Program-made: the position numbers and the translations under genes
Shown here: one piece after another, positions 1-7,983 of the stretch
Numbering within the stretch: position 1 is the first letter of the stretch
Layout: each line of letters begins with the position of its first letter
Source of the DNA: a virus
DNA: 64,000 bases
Virus record (IMG/VR): IMGVR_UViG_3300032116_000067
Span: 36,265-100,264 of that record
Reading direction: 5' to 3' (one strand)
Notes under the pieces: generated by a model
Database searches by the model: none
Seen by the model: the letters and a program-made list of their open reading frames with translations, nothing else
Told to the model about the DNA's origin: nothing

Positions 1-21
1 AAAACATTAAAAATAAATAAA

Positions 22-222
22 ATGAGTGAATCACACGAAAAGTACAAAGAGTACAAGAAAGCTCAACAAGCTAGAGAAAACGCAGCAAGAAGAGGGTCTC
101 AGTATGTAAATGATTACAAACAAAAAGAACGTATTGCTGAACTTGAGTATAAGTTAAAAGATAGAGAAGAGAAAGAAGATAATGATAGAGCATATAGGCT
201 TCTTTCTGATTATGAATATTAA
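22..222 (+). CDS. small charged/coiled-coil hypothetical protein
   Basis: ATG after A-rich leader; 66 aa, E/K/R-rich; ends 6 nt before tRNA-like element 1. Confidence 0.7.
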   Translation: MSESHEKYKEYKKAQQARENAARRGSQYVNDYKQKERIAELEYKLKDREEKEDNDRAYRLLSDYEY

Positions 223-228
223 ATGGTT

Positions 229-353
229 AGTCAGGTGGCGAAATTGGTAGACGCGAGTGGTGTGTTAAATGTGGGAATAGACATAATCCCTAACCCTATA
301 AAAAGGGCTGACCGCTTGTCTCTTAGTTGCAGGTTCGATTCCTGTCCTGACTG
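229..353 (+). ncRNA. tRNA-like RNA 1: Leu-type D arm and canonical T arm, anticodon loop replaced by a ~50-nt branched insert
   Basis: Acceptor AGTCAGG(229-235)/CCTGACT(346-352); D arm GCG-AAATTGGTAGA-CGC; T arm GCAGG-TTCGATT-CCTGT; stem AGTGGT/ACCGCT encloses hairpins GGGA..TCCC and CCCT..AGGG; no 7-nt anticodon loop; no encoded CCA. Confidence 0.8.
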
Positions 354-368
354 CTAAAAATAAAAGTT

Positions 369-551
369 ATGAGAAAAAATAAAAATAAAACAATGAATAA
401 AATTGAGAAAGCGATTTACGATGTAAAATTACACATCAAAGAAAAGGAAAGGCAGTTATTAATTTGTCAAACAGAACTTAAATCTTTAAAAGATCAATTA
501 GATACATTAGAAGTAATTCAAAACGATGAGTCAATACCTCATAGTTCATAA
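369..551 (+). CDS. small coiled-coil hypothetical protein between the two tRNA-like elements
   Basis: 60-aa ORF with heptad-like L/E/K pattern; AT-rich. Confidence 0.65.
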   Translation: MRKNKNKTMNKIEKAIYDVKLHIKEKERQLLICQTELKSLKDQLDTLEVIQNDESIPHSS

Positions 552-564
552 ATAACAGCGTAAC

Positions 565-704
565 AGTCAGGTGGCGGAATTAGTAGACGCACAATGGGAT
601 GCACGGTGTGACTCCGTGGAAGTGCTCCTCAAAAGGTTGAGCTACCCGTTGTAACAAAGACCCGAAGTACAAGGGTTGTGCCGGGGCAGAACCGGCCTTG
701 ACTA
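565..704 (+). ncRNA. tRNA-like RNA 2: same scaffold as RNA 1 with a different branched insert
   Basis: First 26 nt match element 1 at 24 positions; acceptor AGTCAGG/CTTGACT; stem ACAATGGG/CCCGTTGT encloses CACGG..CCGTG and GCTC..GAGC hairpins; variable arm ACCC..GGGT; T arm GCCGG-GGCAGAA-CCGGC with non-canonical loop. Confidence 0.75.
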
Positions 705-739
705 CACTATCTCCTTTTTAGTTTATAATTCATAAGTAT

Positions 740-985
740 CGACTGAAAAGACGAACTAACGTTCCGGGTGTGCCACCGGATAGTATGCCCTATACGATGA
801 GAAGTACGCTGGCTGCGTACATGGGTAAGTGGCGGTTACTTGGTAACAGCAGGCTGATCACCTGAACATCGACAATGTGAACGATCTATTCCTAACCCAC
901 CTAGAAAATATAGCAGAGAAGACACCGAAAGTCTTCTGTGGGGACAGCCGCAACACCTGTAAGTTGGATAGATTAGGGTGCTTTC
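740..985 (+). ncRNA. putative multi-hairpin structured RNA, family unknown
   Basis: GC-richer non-coding stretch. Hairpins TCCGG/CCGGA (763-780), GTACGC/GCGTAC (804-820), CAGG/CCTG (850-864), AGAAGAC/GTCTTCT (917-937). Long-range pairs 883-892/966-974 and 786-792/974-980. Strand assumed from neighbours. Confidence 0.55.
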
Positions 986-1026
986 TTCTATTTTCTTCAA
1001 ACACTCACTTATAAACTTCTCCATTC

Positions 1027-1236
1027 ATGTCTGGTAAAGTATGGTACAAGACAGAAATCAGTTTAGATGCTGATCAAAATGTAGAAATATACCCCGATGA
1101 AGGCTATGGTGGTATAGTAATCAAGGGTAAAGAAATTGAAAGCACTGACTCTTACCGGATCTATCTTAACCGGGCCGAGATGGAACTCCTCATTAGCAAA
1201 ATGAGAGAGATGATGGATCATGTAGAGAAACCTTAA
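1027..1236 (+). CDS. hypothetical protein
   Basis: 69-aa ORF, co-oriented with neighbours. Confidence 0.7.
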   Translation: MSGKVWYKTEISLDADQNVEIYPDEGYGGIVIKGKEIESTDSYRIYLNRAEMELLISKMREMMDHVEKP

Positions 1237-1251
1237 CTTTTTTCTATCGGT

Positions 1252-1330
1252 GGGGCTGAAGCCGATCGTACAAGGGTAGTACACTGTAACACGTAGGATG
1301 TCCGTTCGACCCGGACAGAGCTGAAGCCCT
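1252..1330 (+). ncRNA. tRNA-like RNA 3: D arm and T arm on an extended stem with tandem G-A mismatches
   Basis: GGGGCT-GA-AGC...GCT-GA-AGCCCT closing stem; D-like GTAC-AAGGGTA-GTAC; T arm TGTCCG-TTCGACC-CGGACA; only a 3-bp stub in the anticodon position. Confidence 0.6.
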
Positions 1331-1339
1331 AGGTCATAC

Positions 1340-1373
1340 GCCCTACGTTTCTACGTCGGGGCTCTTTCTTTTT
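1340..1373 (+). terminator. intrinsic terminator-like hairpin
   Basis: GCCCTACG-TTTCTA-CGTCGGGGC followed by TCTTTCTTTTT. Confidence 0.55.
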
Positions 1374-1393
1374 ACCACTAAACACGATTCACC

Positions 1394-1816
1394 ATGAAGA
1401 TGGTTAAACTATCCGAAGACCACTACATAGTGGTAGATGACACTCATAAGGAAATGTACACAATACCAACCTCACAAGCCAAAGAAATCCTTGGTGGGAT
1501 AGATGTGTATAAGAAAGCTTTGGTATTCACAAAAGAAATAGGTGGCACACATGAACAGGGTCTTGGTTACATTAATGGCTACTATCATGCCCTTGAAGAC
1601 AACAAGGAGCGGAAGTATACAGAGGAGGATGTTATCTCTTATCTAATGCAATCTATGATACAATATGGTATATGGTTAGAAAACGAAGATGATATTACTC
1701 CTGGTAAGATTGTTAATAAGATGGAAGAAATACGCAACAAAGCTCGTGCTTCCCTACAATCCAAAACAGAATGGGAAGTTGAGTTTGTAGATGGTAAACT
1801 AAAGCTCAAATCATGA
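1394..1816 (+). CDS. hypothetical protein, paralog A of KLSEDHY...EFVDGKLKLKS family
   Basis: Shares N-terminal, central (ALEDNKE.KYTE) and C-terminal blocks with next ORF. Confidence 0.85.
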   Translation: MKMVKLSEDHYIVVDDTHKEMYTIPTSQAKEILGGIDVYKKALVFTKEIGGTHEQGLGYINGYYHALEDNKERKYTEEDVISYLMQSMIQYGIWLENEDDITPGKIVNKMEEIRNKARASLQSKTEWEVEFVDGKLKLKS

Positions 1817-2367
1817 CACTGATAAAACTATCCGAAGACCACTACGTACTAACGGATGATTCTGATATCAGTATTGGAAATATAGTAGCAGAGAAGCTAC
1901 TTACGGGTAAGTATGAGCTATTTACAATCCATACTCTGAATGATATAGATAACCTAACACAGAAGAAAGTCACCCACTCAACAGAACTAATAAATGAAAG
2001 TACACAACCTAACACTGAATTTTATTGGAATACTGTAAATAAACTTTCTCTATCAGAAGTAAAAGAAGTTCTTGGTATAGTGGATGTCAGGAAGAAAGCG
2101 TGGAAGTATAACCCGGTCAAAAAACTGGACGCTGCATTCATTAGAGCTGCTTACATATGTGGTTACAACGAAGCTCTTGAGGACAACAAGGAGCAGAAGT
2201 ACACAGAGAAGGACCTAAGAGCTGTCTTTATGCACGGATTTCTATTAGGTGTAGATAGGGGAGATTACTCTTTAGATATGGAAAACAGAGCATTGTCAAC
2301 TTACACTCAACCTCCAACAGAATGGCAAGTAGAGTTCGTAGATGGTAAACTAAAACTCAAGTCCTAA
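1813..2367 (+). CDS. hypothetical protein, paralog B of KLSEDHY...EFVDGKLKLKS family
   Basis: ATGA overlap with paralog A; same three conserved blocks. Confidence 0.85.
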   Translation: MTLIKLSEDHYVLTDDSDISIGNIVAEKLLTGKYELFTIHTLNDIDNLTQKKVTHSTELINESTQPNTEFYWNTVNKLSLSEVKEVLGIVDVRKKAWKYNPVKKLDAAFIRAAYICGYNEALEDNKEQKYTEKDLRAVFMHGFLLGVDRGDYSLDMENRALSTYTQPPTEWQVEFVDGKLKLKS

Positions 2368-2381
2368 AAACACAACACACT

Positions 2382-2603
2382 ATGAAGTATCTATTATTAG
2401 CTATCATTTTATTAGTATCATGTGGACAGCCCACTGTAGAGAAAAAGCCTACCACTTATGTTGTAGACGCTGTTCATCCAGCTCTTCAACTTATATCCAT
2501 AGACAGCTGTGAATATTTGTACGGAGACTGGGGAAACGCAACAGTATTTACCCATAAAGGAAACTGTACCAATCCTATTCACCCTAAACACTTACGTCGA
2601 TGA
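2382..2603 (+). CDS. putative lipoprotein
   Basis: MKYLLLAIILLVSC signal with lipobox-like Cys. Confidence 0.7.
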   Translation: MKYLLLAIILLVSCGQPTVEKKPTTYVVDAVHPALQLISIDSCEYLYGDWGNATVFTHKGNCTNPIHPKHLRR

Positions 2604-2812
2604 GTCAGGTACCAGAGTGGGTCTATACCCGGCTGTGTTACTACGACCTGCGTAATCCGGACGGGGTGAGAGATGTCTTGGATATCTACGACGAAGAAGA
2701 TAAGGTCAGCTTCGGTACACATAGTAAACCCGAGTGCAGTTGTGACAACTGTTTCTACGGACGTTCTCTTTTAGCCAACTATATTATTGACAACGTAAAA
2801 CCTACATCATGA
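2600..2812 (+). CDS. small Cys-rich hypothetical protein
   Basis: CSCDNCFYG motif; ATGA coupling. Confidence 0.75.
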   Translation: MSQVPEWVYTRLCYYDLRNPDGVRDVLDIYDEEDKVSFGTHSKPECSCDNCFYGRSLLANYIIDNVKPTS

Positions 2813-3093
2813 TCAAGTTCATTCGTGAAAACACACTAGCCTCTGTACTCTGGGCTATCCTTATTTCAATGGTACTATTTTTCTTATTCTTTACTGAGAT
2901 CGTAGAATACGAACGCACCGGCAGAGTAATAGAACACAACGTCATAGGTGATAAGTATGGTCACAACATTACTTATTTCACAGTCGTACATTTTGGTAAC
3001 GAAATAGAGTCTATAGAAGGGCTTCAGTATTACGTTGTACCTGTGGGTAGTACGGTGACCGTTACGTTTAAGAAACTCTTGATTAAATTATGA
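2809..3093 (+). CDS. membrane-anchored hypothetical protein
   Basis: N-terminal hydrophobic helix; ATGA coupling. Confidence 0.75.
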   Translation: MIKFIRENTLASVLWAILISMVLFFLFFTEIVEYERTGRVIEHNVIGDKYGHNITYFTVVHFGNEIESIEGLQYYVVPVGSTVTVTFKKLLIKL

Positions 3094-3278
3094 GCGGAGA
3101 TATAGAAAGAGGTATCTGTGACTTCTGTCATGAAGTTAAACCTGTACAGCGTATGTATCTGGAACCTTCAAAGTACATCAAGTCAAAAGATCCTGTGGTA
3201 AACAAAGAACTTCATAACGAAGGTGACTACTTCATTATCATTCGGACTTGTCATGACTGTGGAACACCTAAAACATAA
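3090..3278 (+). CDS. small zinc-ribbon protein
   Basis: CDFC...CHDC pairs. Confidence 0.7.
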   Translation: MSGDIERGICDFCHEVKPVQRMYLEPSKYIKSKDPVVNKELHNEGDYFIIIRTCHDCGTPKT

Positions 3279-3281
3279 ACT

Positions 3282-3680
3282 ATGGAAAAAGAGTTTGTTC
3301 CTTATACTGAGTCACTTGAACTCAAGCAACTGGGGTTTGATGAACCTTGTTTAGGTGCATGGGCAGAACATGGTTTTATGACACCTAATGATGTTTCTAC
3401 CTTACAAGATGATGTTACTATAGAAGATATAAAGAATACACAGGATGAAAATATGTGTCTATCTCCACTTTATCAACAAGCCTTTCGTTGGTTTAGAGAA
3501 TATCAAGACTGGCCCATAGAGTCTTGGATACAACCATATTTATCAGATAAGCCCCGGCAGCATGAAGCATTTTATTGGAGGCGTGGTGAAACTATATCTA
3601 TCGGAATCTTTTCAACTTATGAAGAAGCAGAACTTGCTTGTCTGCGTAAACTCATAAATCTGGTAAAACAGAAACCATGA
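3282..3680 (+). CDS. hypothetical protein, FVPY.ESL.LK.LG..EPC family
   Basis: Paralogous to 4692-5102 at both termini. Confidence 0.85.
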   Translation: MEKEFVPYTESLELKQLGFDEPCLGAWAEHGFMTPNDVSTLQDDVTIEDIKNTQDENMCLSPLYQQAFRWFREYQDWPIESWIQPYLSDKPRQHEAFYWRRGETISIGIFSTYEEAELACLRKLINLVKQKP

Positions 3681-4009
3681 CAGAAGTACAAGAACGTATC
3701 TACTCTGCTGCTATCTGGTACAAAGACCTAGCAGTCCCAGACTGGGTAGGACTATCAAACGCTCCTGATATGCGTGGTATCGTAATCAAGGGTCACAGAC
3801 ACGCTGATATTATTCATACGGTGTATACGCTTATTGGTAAACGCACCTGTTGTAACGGATCCGACTGTGTTGGAGAATTTGAATAGGGCTTTGTCACCAA
3901 CAAGGGTCGGTTTGTAGACAGACAGGAAGCTATGGTGATAGCACGGGCCGCTGATCAGGTCATATCTGATACTACCTCTGATACACTTTATTCTGAAGAC
4001 TTATACTAA
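3677..4009 (+). pseudogene. phage protein interrupted by a single in-frame TAG (nonsense allele or read-through)
   Basis: Frame stays open after TAG 3884-3886 as GFVTNKGRFVDRQEA...LYSEDLY to TAA 4007-4009. Confidence 0.7.
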
Positions 4010-4011
4010 CT

Positions 4012-4247
4012 CTGTGATGGTTTTCTGTGGAAAGCGTAAGCACCTAACAAAACCTTGTGGTAGCCGTTGGACTGCAAGGGTAATACGGGAAAACAGATGA
4101 CGACTCGGAAAGACGAGTACCTTTTTTTGCTCCGGGGATCACACCATCCGTTAAACTGGTTGTGTTAAAACTCTTGTTAATTGATGTCCGTCTCCCGACC
4201 TCGTAGAGTGAGCTTCTACAAATATTGGTTGGGGAGACGAGCCATCA
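4012..4247 (+). ncRNA. structured intergenic RNA elements
   Basis: Stems GTTTTCTGT/ACGGGAAAAC, CCTTGTGGT/ACTGCAAGG, ACTCG-GAAAGA-CGAGT plus T-run, and CGTCTCCCGACC/GGTTGGGGAGACG. Confidence 0.5.
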
Positions 4248-4272
4248 TTCTATTAACCTATCAATCCGAATC

Positions 4273-4413
4273 ATGAAAGAAGCGTTACAAGTAATCTTTC
4301 TGTTTAAGAAACCTTCCTGGGACTATTATACCCGGTGGCCTTATATAGGGTTTGGTATTGTAGCCTGGACAGAAGTTCTTCTTGTTCTTATTGCTTTACT
4401 CCTAAGCTTATAA
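4273..4413 (+). CDS. small membrane protein
   Basis: ATG 4273 preferred; C-terminal hydrophobic helix. Confidence 0.6.
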   Translation: MKEALQVIFLFKKPSWDYYTRWPYIGFGIVAWTEVLLVLIALLLSL

Positions 4414-4417
4414 AACC

Positions 4418-4681
4418 ATGTCTACAGAGATAAAGACTATCCGCGGCACCCATCATGTGCATAAAAGCATCTTTACGTTTGAAGTAGAACGTCCGCCGGC
4501 CGATATTCATGTAACCCGGTTCTACAACGGTAAAGAGTTAGGCACCCAAGTTCAGATTACCATTCAACAGTTTCAAGGTAATGGGTACACTTCATATATT
4601 CACTTGAGTGAGGAACAGTGTAAAGAACTAGCCCAGACTCTTCTGGAAGCCTTTGATCATAACAAGTATCCTTCAGAGTAA
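4418..4681 (+). CDS. hypothetical protein
   Basis: 87-aa ORF in operon. Confidence 0.75.
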   Translation: MSTEIKTIRGTHHVHKSIFTFEVERPPADIHVTRFYNGKELGTQVQITIQQFQGNGYTSYIHLSEEQCKELAQTLLEAFDHNKYPSE

Positions 4682-4691
4682 AAAGATCATA

Positions 4692-5102
4692 ATGGAAGAA
4701 CTTTTTGTACCGTATCAGGAATCCCTAAATCTTAAAGAACTAGGGTATAACGAGCCCTGCTTTGCGTACTACGGGGAGATCAACGGTGGCGAGATAGAAC
4801 TGTTCTACAAGCGTCACTATGATACAGAAGCCAGGTATCTGTTAGCCCCGACGTTTTCCCAGGCTTCCCAGTGGATCCGTGATACATACGGTATTCATTC
4901 CTGGATAGACTGGATGACACGTAGTACACTACACTCTGGATACTTCGTATGCTTCCGCGGTATGGATCACAGGCTCAACGATGACAACTTTGCGTTCATA
5001 CCGGGTGATCATGGTTCAGGGCATTACGTTTTTCCTACGTATTATGAAGCCGAGGTTGCTCGTATTCAGCATCTTATTACTATGGTAAAACAAAGACAAT
5101 GA
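4692..5102 (+). CDS. hypothetical protein, FVPY.ESL.LK.LG..EPC family
   Basis: Paralog of 3282-3680; ATG 4692 aligns with paralog start. Confidence 0.85.
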   Translation: MEELFVPYQESLNLKELGYNEPCFAYYGEINGGEIELFYKRHYDTEARYLLAPTFSQASQWIRDTYGIHSWIDWMTRSTLHSGYFVCFRGMDHRLNDDNFAFIPGDHGSGHYVFPTYYEAEVARIQHLITMVKQRQ

Positions 5103-5956
5103 AAAACGTACACGTTATTCCAACAGACAAGCCAAGTAAAATAGGTCAATCTATTTTTGATGAGTCTTTACATTTTAATCCAATTTTTAATTATAAATTA
5201 GAAAAGGAAAGGGTTATACCTCAAAACATCTACATCACTTCTAATGAAGAAATTAAAGAAGGAGATTGGATTATTTGGAATAATAAAGTTGTAAAAGCTA
5301 TTGATACTGCTTATTACTCTGCGAAAAAAATTATCCTAACAACAGACCAAGACTTAATCAAAGATGGTGTACAAGCTATTGATGATACATTCTTAGAATG
5401 GTTTGTTAAGAATCCAAGTTGTGAGTGGGTTGAGGTTGAAGAATTTACTGTTAAAGTAGATTTGTTGGAATATAAAACAAGTTACAAAATAATCATTCCA
5501 AAAGAAGAACCTAAACTAGTCAATAACTGTTTTAAGTGTGGTTTAGATTTAGTCATAAAAGAAACTTCTGTACCAGTTTGTACAGATATTGATTGTCGTG
5601 GTATTATACTTAGTAATGAAACATTAAGAGAGTGGGCATTACAAAGAGAAAGACAAAAGCAACATCTCATTGACATAATGAAAGGAGATGAAGAGTTGGG
5701 GTTATATGATGAAGAACCTAAACAAGAACCCACTCTTGAAGAAGCAGGAGTAATTGCCGCTGGTTTATGCCAACATTTAGAAGCAAAAGAACAAGCTATG
5801 TTTATTGCAGGTTTTATTGAATGTGCTAAATGGCAAGCAGAAAGAATGTATAGTGAGGAAGATATGGTTAATTTTGCTTTATTTTTAGAAATACATTTAC
5901 CTATGAAACCTAGAAAAACTCATCGTCAATTACTTGAACAATATAAAAAGAAATGA
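5099..5956 (+). CDS. AT-rich modular hypothetical protein (MKNVHVIPTDKPS...MYSEED)
   Basis: 285 aa; CxxC pairs; repeated EEPK junctions; lower GC than flanks. Confidence 0.85.
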   Translation: MKNVHVIPTDKPSKIGQSIFDESLHFNPIFNYKLEKERVIPQNIYITSNEEIKEGDWIIWNNKVVKAIDTAYYSAKKIILTTDQDLIKDGVQAIDDTFLEWFVKNPSCEWVEVEEFTVKVDLLEYKTSYKIIIPKEEPKLVNNCFKCGLDLVIKETSVPVCTDIDCRGIILSNETLREWALQRERQKQHLIDIMKGDEELGLYDEEPKQEPTLEEAGVIAAGLCQHLEAKEQAMFIAGFIECAKWQAERMYSEEDMVNFALFLEIHLPMKPRKTHRQLLEQYKKK

Positions 5957-5957
5957 C

Positions 5958-6305
5958 ATGAACACACCTGTAAGCTTCCCGTTAGCAAAGCTGTGTAAAG
6001 AAAAAGGGTTTGAAGGTAATTACTTCCACTATTGGAATAGGGTAAGTTATTCAGGAGAATGGGAAGTAGACACAAGAATATGGGATACCTCTGTTGATTA
6101 TATTGAAGCACCAACCATAGCAGAAGTCTGTATGTGGCTACACAAGGAACATAAAATATGGATAAGTGTTGACCCTGACAATGACACTGACACATGGTTC
6201 TACACTATATCTCATGGGACATCTACGACGGTCTTTGGTAATTACAGCGGTCCAATAGAAGCCTACGAGGGTGCTATTGAACACGTCTTAACACATCTCA
6301 TCTGA
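5958..6305 (+). CDS. hypothetical protein, distant relative of the FVPY/LK.GF family
   Basis: VSF.LAKL.KEKGF...APT...W pattern resembles 3282 and 4692 ORFs. Confidence 0.75.
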   Translation: MNTPVSFPLAKLCKEKGFEGNYFHYWNRVSYSGEWEVDTRIWDTSVDYIEAPTIAEVCMWLHKEHKIWISVDPDNDTDTWFYTISHGTSTTVFGNYSGPIEAYEGAIEHVLTHLI

Positions 6306-6338
6306 GTCAGTACTCTTTTACTTTCAATAACCAATCCG

Positions 6339-6926
6339 ATGATCAAAAGGTATTATCCTTTGCGTCTTCCCGACGATACAGCTTGGGAAAGACGAAGGTG
6401 GCTACGTTATGTACCCCGCCCTCTAAAGAACCTTGTACAAGGAATCTACAACATCATCCGCTGGATACCAACGATCTATCGGGATCGAGACTGGGATCAT
6501 GCTTTTCTCAACGATATGCTTCAGAAGAAACTGGAGTATATGAGAAAAGAGCTGGTCTACGCTAACCGGCACCAAGGCGTATGTGAAATCAACAAGGACT
6601 TAACCTTGGCTCTCAATCTGCTTCAGCGGATAAAAGAGGATTATTATGACATTGAGATGTATGACTACTACAAAGTAAATCATACGTTCAAACCGGTGGG
6701 CGCAACAGGTGACTACCTGACCATCGAAGAAACTATCGTAGAAAATAGACTGGCCGGATACTTATTCAAGTACCGACGAATAGCTGATAAGCTACGTAAA
6801 GAACACAACCTGAGCTATAAAGACAACGCTACTCTGGCAAGACTGGTAGCGTATCATAATCAGGACCGTTGTGCACGAATCTTTTGGAAACTTCTTTATT
6901 ACAAACAAAACCAGTGGTGGGACTAA
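6339..6926 (+). CDS. hypothetical phage protein (DRDWD...WWD)
   Basis: 195-aa ORF. Confidence 0.8.
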   Translation: MIKRYYPLRLPDDTAWERRRWLRYVPRPLKNLVQGIYNIIRWIPTIYRDRDWDHAFLNDMLQKKLEYMRKELVYANRHQGVCEINKDLTLALNLLQRIKEDYYDIEMYDYYKVNHTFKPVGATGDYLTIEETIVENRLAGYLFKYRRIADKLRKEHNLSYKDNATLARLVAYHNQDRCARIFWKLLYYKQNQWWD

Positions 6927-6937
6927 AATCAACAGTT

Positions 6938-7972
6938 ATGAACAACGTATGGGTGCAGTCAGCTAACAACTTTATGCTTCGTGAAGTATCTACTCAGAAG
7001 CAACTATTACCTAAAGGTGTATACAAGTTTCAACTGGATCAGTTTGAAAATCCTTATCTAGCCCAGGTACAAGAAGAGTTTGTCTTCCCGTATAAGATCT
7101 ACGGGGTAGAAACAGACTTTGTAGACCGCGTCATCCGCTCCTGGGAACATACTACCGGCAACTTCGGTATTCTTCTGAACGGGCTAAAGGGTACAGGAAA
7201 GACAGTAACTGCAGAACTGATTGCCAACCGTTTAGAGTTACCGGTCATTATCGTGTCTTTTCACAGTGGTAAACTGATCAGCTTTTTGAACGAGATCCAG
7301 CAAGATGTTGTTGTCTTTGTAGACGAATTTGAGAAGATCTACGACGGTTATGAGAACTCTTTGCTTACCATCATGGATGGAGCACTGAAGACCCAACACC
7401 GGTTGTTCTTCCTGCTTACTACCAACGAACTCCGGGTAGACAAGAATCTGCTCCAGCGTCCCAGCCGGGTGCGTTACGTAAAGACCTTCTCTGATCTGAC
7501 CCTACCGGTCATCATGGAAGTCGTTAAAGACAAACTGGTTCATGATCACTGGTATGACGCTACGGTAAAGTTTATCAGTGAGCTGCCCATTATCACCATG
7601 GACCTGGTTAAATCCGTAGTAGAGGAAGTTAACATTCACGATGAAAGCCCGGAGAACTTCAAAGATGTCTTCAACATTCACGCAGACAAGACCGACATGT
7701 ACAACGTGTACAAGCTGGTAGATGGTGAGAAACAAGAGGTTAACACCTATGTCAACGTTCATCCGGACTATATCACCGAATATAGCGTTAACTCAAACTT
7801 GCATATTAATCACAGACACGTTGGTATCATTACTAAAGTAATCTCTGAAGATCAGTTTGTTATCAAAGAGTACGATGAAAAGACAGATGAGTATACTGAT
7901 GAGGTTGTCTACATCCGAGAAAAAGCCGTAAGAACCCACTTGTCCTTTGTGAACTCTGGCCTCGTATTCTAA
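6938..7972 (+). CDS. AAA+ ATPase
   Basis: Walker A GLKGTGKT, Walker B VFVDEFEK, sensor TTN, arginine finger RPSR. Confidence 0.9.
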   Translation: MNNVWVQSANNFMLREVSTQKQLLPKGVYKFQLDQFENPYLAQVQEEFVFPYKIYGVETDFVDRVIRSWEHTTGNFGILLNGLKGTGKTVTAELIANRLELPVIIVSFHSGKLISFLNEIQQDVVVFVDEFEKIYDGYENSLLTIMDGALKTQHRLFFLLTTNELRVDKNLLQRPSRVRYVKTFSDLTLPVIMEVVKDKLVHDHWYDATVKFISELPIITMDLVKSVVEEVNIHDESPENFKDVFNIHADKTDMYNVYKLVDGEKQEVNTYVNVHPDYITEYSVNSNLHINHRHVGIITKVISEDQFVIKEYDEKTDEYTDEVVYIREKAVRTHLSFVNSGLVF

Positions 7973-7983
7973 ACCCTTTTTAT

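Noticed and set aside
229-704. Ordinary tRNA-Leu genes, intron-containing tRNAs or tmRNA
   Set aside because: No 7-nt anticodon loop can be formed. The inserts are far too short for group I introns and show no evident bulge-helix-bulge. There is no tmRNA-type GGGG acceptor or tag ORF.
740-830. Hammerhead ribozyme suggested by CTGAAAAG and GATGAG...GAA fragments
   Set aside because: I could not assemble the CUGANGA/GAAA core with three compatible stems.
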